From the human T2T-CHM13v2.0 reference genome, Homo sapiens: 64,000 nucleotides of DNA. The stretch lies in the NCBI RefSeq assembly GCF_009914755.1, contig NC_060930.1; one strand, 5' to 3'. The notes beneath the pieces were generated by a model. It did not search any database, was not told the DNA's origin, and saw nothing but the letters and a program-made list of their open reading frames with translations. The translations under genes were made by a program, and so were the position numbers. Below, one piece after another: positions 58,946-64,000 of the stretch (position 1 is the stretch's first letter; each line of letters opens with the position of its first letter).

Positions 58946-60691
58946 TTATGCTATCTCACAAACATAAAAAGGCAAAATCTCTGTTCTCTTCATTTGGATA
59001 TCTGACCTCAGTTTTAGAAAGGGCTGAAACATGACATCATATACAAAAAAGGAGATTACTGTCCTTGCAACAGCAGCAGTTAAGGCTGCTGGGTCATCAT
59101 GATTTTTTAAGAGTCAGGTGTATATGTTATTTTGGCACTTGTATTTCAGATTGTGTTTTTAATATTTGCCTTTCAGAAGCAGTACTATCTAGATTTGAAT
59201 TTTGGGGTAAAACAGGCCAAAATATTCTTTTGCCTTTTATAACAAAATTATTTTGGCTTTTGTTATAAAAGGCAAAACAATACACATAAGTAAAACCTGA
59301 GTACTGGAAAGGTGGCATTTTAAAGTGTGTAAAGGGCCTAGGTTCAATGGGGAGAGGGGGGTGGAAGAAACAATGGCTGGGAGAAGACCCTAGTTTGCAC
59401 TTTCCACCATGCCAAAAAATGTGAGCTTGTGCCTCACATATTCTAGGAATTCAATGAGTGCTTATTGAGAAGAGTCCCAGAGAGAAAGAAGCAGGTTTAC
59501 TCCAATTTCTCAGGCGAAACTCAAGACTGTTCCAGTGGATAGTAGAATAAATCCCCTCTGGAAAACTGGAGGCTTGTTTCCACATAAGTCACTCATTTTC
59601 CCATGGTAAGCAGACAAGTGTACTAATGCTCTCTAGGAATCTCCAGTCCTATGTCCTATGTCAAAATCCAGAGTCAAGGCAACCTTTTAACCTCTAATAA
59701 CTCTTAAGAAAATTTTAAAAGTACATTACGAATATGTAAGTCAAATCATACTTACAAAGGTCAAAAAAATTGGGAGTAATTTTCTTCTTAGGCATGAAAA
59801 ATCCATTTATCTCTGATCACATATAGGCTGCCTTTCTCAAATGAGGAATTTTGTTCTCTAAAATTTTCTTTCCTGAGCTCAGTATTGTGTCCAAAGCTGT
59901 GTAACTATCGTTAGCTCCTACTCCCCAGCTGAGATAGTCAATTGAATATTTCTTTTCCTTTTCTTCAAGTTGTTATAAAAGGAAAACAGCTTGGTCTCCT
60001 TTAAAGCTGAGTTAAAATCACTTTTAAAAAAATTGTCAGCATCACTTGGGACTGCAGTCTAAAATTAAAACTGCTCTCAAAGTCTCCAGCAGTTCCATTC
60101 ATCACCTGCTCAAAGCCATGCATGCTGCCAAATTTAACATTAGAATGGAGGCATGATTCTTTTAAAAAATTTTCAGAATCAATGTAAATTTTCACTTTGT
60201 AAGAAACCTTGTATTACCTCCCCTCCCCCAATAATCGCAATAGGAGAAAACACCTGGAAGTAAATAGCTCAACTTTTCTAATGCCATAAATATACTTGAA
60301 AAGTTCCTAAAAGTAGGCATAGGTCAAGCTTAGTGGCTTTCTTCATTTTTTGGAAACTGGTGCATTGAACTGCCATTCATTTTTAAATATTTGATCACTT
60401 GCCTTTAAACCAGGCCCACACGAATCTTATGTTTTCCAGAAATCCTCCAGATTACGTTGACCCAAAAGTGCATGTAAAGCCAGTGGGAAATAAAGAGAAA
60501 TCTGTGTTTTATTCTGATTCAGAGGTAGGAAAGCTTGTATCCAGGCTGTGTCTTTATGTCCTGCTTAGGAGGTGGACTTCATCCAGGAGGTTTGGGGAGA
60601 AGAGGTTTACACAGGTATGCGACATGATGACAAATGTGAAACTTAGAAAACAAACAGGGCCATTTCCAAAACTAGAACTTAACTTATTTAC

Positions 60692-60772
60692 CTGGTCATG
60701 ATCAATATCTCCATCTCCTGTGATCACAATGCGTTTCTCAATTCTTGTTTCAGAAATTCCACCTTTTACAGT
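60692..60772 (-). CDS. EPB41L2: EPB41L2 CTD coding exon (81 nt)
   Basis: tttag|[27 protein letters not shown]|gtaaat, phase 0/0; hallmark protein 4.1 CTD motif. Confidence 0.97.
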
Positions 60773-61969
60773 CTAAAGGTCATAAAGGAGAAGAAGAAAA
60801 AACAGCAATCACTGAAGCACGTTTACACAGTCAGAGCAAACAGAGATGGGAGTCCACCTAGACCTGTGGATCATTGTAAGGCCACACACAACAAGCAGCA
60901 AAAGACTGATATTCTAGAAACACTTTGTGCTTTATTTTTAGGCTCAATAGAGAATCCTATTACTAAAGTTATAGCATCCACAAGTATCCCTCAGCTGAGA
61001 GCAACCTTAAAACTCATTTATCAATATTCAAGATGGCATCTGTCCCATCTTAATCTCACTTGATTAAGATAGGACAGATATTATTTAATCCAAGTAGTTC
61101 CTTTAAGGGAATTCTGTTATAGTTTCCCGAGTTTCTTTACTCCTAGCTGGCCAATTTTTAAAAAGGAGAGTAGGGAGAAATCAGTTACTTGCAGAATTAC
61201 AAGAAATTATAAGAATTTAGGTATCTGTTTTTGGTTTGAGAAACTGTTTGATGTGATATATATTTTTTTCCCATCACAGAAGACTTCTGTATGATGTGAT
61301 GGTTTTGACTGATGGATTCTGAGCATACAAATTTATTTGCTGATTTTGTTTATTGCATTTAGTGCAATAATTTTAAAAAGGATTTGCTTTGGTTTCAGAT
61401 ACGGAAGATGGATGAGATTTTTGTTGAATGTTTGATTTGATGACACCCTGCGTAAGTAGTCATACACGTAGACATGGCGCATGGCTAGACAAAGGCTGCG
61501 AGCGGGGCTGGAGGAGGGAGCTCCTGGGGGAACTGCCTCACAGCGTTATGGGCTCCGTACAAGCTGCGAGTGCCTGGGGCACACTGGATGAGGCTGAGGA
61601 GATCATCTGGCTGTGACCTTCTAAACAGTCAATAAGCAAATACCACACGGTCCTGGGAAAGCGCACATCCAACATTTACAACTCTGATAAATGTACACTC
61701 TCAGTCACAAGTGACAGCATTTTACCATAACAAACCAGGCTTATCACTATGCTTAATAACTGGATATGCTTTAAAATGAGCACCAACAGTACCTTGCATT
61801 TATGCGGCATTTTTAAATTTACAAATTACTTTTTGCTGTTTTTTAAATTGTTGTTGAAACATGGGTTGGGAAGGGCACAAGGGACACCTTTAAGACCTTT
61901 AGACACTTATCCAAAGTAAAAAACAGAAGAAGGAAATAGTGGAAAATAAGGCTGGAGTTAGAAAGCTGA

Positions 61970-62110
61970 TGACTTCAGCATGCATCAGAATCACTGGAAG
62001 CTTCTTAAGACAATTCTAAGGTTTCAGGAGGACTGGAGTGGGGCCACGCTATTTAGACTTCTAACAATGCCCCGGGTGAAGCTGATGCTGCTGATCCAGG
62101 GATGACTGGT
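61970..62110. mobile_element. MER5A-like MITE
   Basis: gcatcagaatcactgg...tctaacaatgccccgggtgaagctgatgctgctgatcc. Confidence 0.65.
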
Positions 62111-62590
62111 TACCCAGTGCTAAACATTTAGAGAATTATGCAGGGAGGAACAGGGGAATGCCCCAAATCAGTATACTAGCGATCTTAAATGAGGGAAATT
62201 CTACATTATTTGAACAACTTGCTGAAAATTCTGAATGATGGCCTTCATTCATTCGCTTTAGTCAGGAGGGCTGGTTTAATAAAAGTAGAAGCACAAGTTT
62301 GTTTTTACAAATTATAAATTTTATTAAATTATTTATGGTTTTGTAGCTATCTTACATATAGCTATTCGTAACATATTTTTACCCCCTTGTACTTCACAAA
62401 ATTGCAATTTGGCTTGAATGCATTTGTCAATGGAGCCTAATTTCTTGGATACTTTAAACCAAGGCATTTTGATTCCGCTGGCACTGTCTGTAGCTTACTT
62501 GGAAGTGTGTACAGGAAGAGAGAAACAATTCAGAAAAGATTCTGTCTGTAATGTACCATCCTCTCCATATGATCCCCTGCATTGCTTTAC

Positions 62591-62689
62591 CTTGGTGATG
62601 TGTGTGGTTGTCGTTGTTGACACGGACTCAGATGTGATGGTTTGTGCGGTCAGTAACGTGCCCGAATCACCACCAGCCCCGCCATCAAT
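62591..62689 (-). CDS. EPB41L2: EPB41L2 CTD coding exon (99 nt)
   Basis: ccaaag|IDGGAGGDSGTLLTAQTITSESVSTTTTTHITK|gtaaag, phase 0/0. Confidence 0.95.
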
Positions 62690-64000
62690 CTTTGGATAGT
62701 TGGGGGAAAAATACAAAGTAATGCTTAACTTCTGTTATGTTGTCAGAGAAGATCCCCGCCCCATCGAATATGCATCTTTTAAAATCCATGTGGTTTGCGT
62801 GTTTGCAGTAGTAATTACCATCCAGGAGAGCGGCTGGTATTTGAAACCGAGTAGAGGCAAAAGGCTAGGTGCACATGGAGAAGCAAACTCAACTGTGTGA
62901 GTGGAGAAAAGAGAGGAGAATGGACATAGTAGGTGGGACTGAAAGCTACAAGGGAATTATGACAGAATTTGTCTGAAGGACTTTTGCACAAGCTAGAAAA
63001 TGAAACTAGAGAGCCAGGCAGAGAAGTTTCCACAGTGACCAGAAGCGCTGAGTTTGTTGTTTTTTAAGCACAGGTGGGTAAAAATAGATAAACATTTTAT
63101 CAAATTACCAAGCAACAGAACCTGACCAGGACAAACTGAATCTGCATGATTTGGTTATCTGCTTACCTCTAGCGATTGTTTTCATCAACTACATTGTTCC
63201 TGTAATAGTTTGCATGTTGTGAGCATATATACGGGCACATATATTTCAATACTGCACATACGCATGTGCTCCTACATATATATAAATCCCATACATATGT
63301 TAAAATAGATTTTAACTTGTTTGCTTTGATATTGAAAGATGCAGAAGATTCTAGAGTTTCCAAGGGGAATCAATGAAGCAAATTAATAGCCTAACAGTTT
63401 ATGTTAAGATCACGAAACATATTTGCCCTCTGTTTCCTGACACTGACACGAGGAAATAACTGGACGGTCCAGAGCCTTTCTGACTGTAAGAGGAAATCTC
63501 TTTCAAACTTGGGTCATGCACCTGTATGTCTTCATTCTGGCAACTTATCACAGCACAGACACATCACTAATGCTCCCCCGCCAAGCTGTTCATAAGAAAC
63601 CTATTTGTGCTTATGTGGGATCAAGGCACACACAAGGATGCCATATCCAAAATAATTTTCAGATGTGTTTCACACATGCATGCATTAAACCTTTTAAAAA
63701 ATATTCTGAGAGGTCAATAACCTGACATCCTCCACCATGATACAATTCTACCACAGAAGGTTCATCTTCTAAGTGGAGAAAATATTTATTTTATATTCTA
63801 TTTTGAAATCATGAATGCTTTATCTTTTTTTGTTATTCTTAAGGTTAAACATCTTAATGCTTATTCCAAATCTTTACAGAACCAATGTGTGAAAACCTAA
63901 AATCAAACACACAAATCTGATAATTATTTAGACACATGGTATCACCATTCACATATGAATGACTACATAGGTCTTTAGAAAATAATTCCACACGAAGGAG

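Noticed and set aside
62495-62716. 73-aa minus ORF as a standalone gene
   Set aside because: It is the 99-nt EPB41L2 exon plus flanking intron.

Overview
Primate (very likely human, 6q23 SMLR1-EPB41L2 locus) genomic DNA, more than half of it transposon-derived. Two convergent protein-coding genes are present. SMLR1 is complete on + (2 exons, 107 aa; CDS 24477-24714 + 31935-32020) with a TATA/HNF4-type promoter. The 3' end of EPB41L2 (protein 4.1G) lies on - (three C-terminal-domain coding exons and a separate non-coding last exon behind a 17.5-kb 3'UTR intron). The rest is an SVA 3' end, nested L1s (including a ~5.8-kb L1PB-type copy with a perfect 19-bp TSD), about 18 Alus, MER41A/MLT1A/MER74 solo LTRs, hAT DNA transposons, L2/MIR relics and microsatellites. 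I see no new multi-gene system. The best leads are: a tailless, 3'-truncated U5 snRNA retrocopy between 19-bp direct repeats; an L1PB whose 5'UTR appears to have been spliced before insertion; two candidate unannotated EPB41L2 exons (a 74-nt poison cassette and an alternative last exon); a fossil transposase N-terminus in a long MER53-ended element; one target site hit twice by Alu; and several template-switch palindromes or inversions. Repeat family names come from recalled consensus sequences, not from a search, and repeat boundaries are approximate unless a TSD is quoted.
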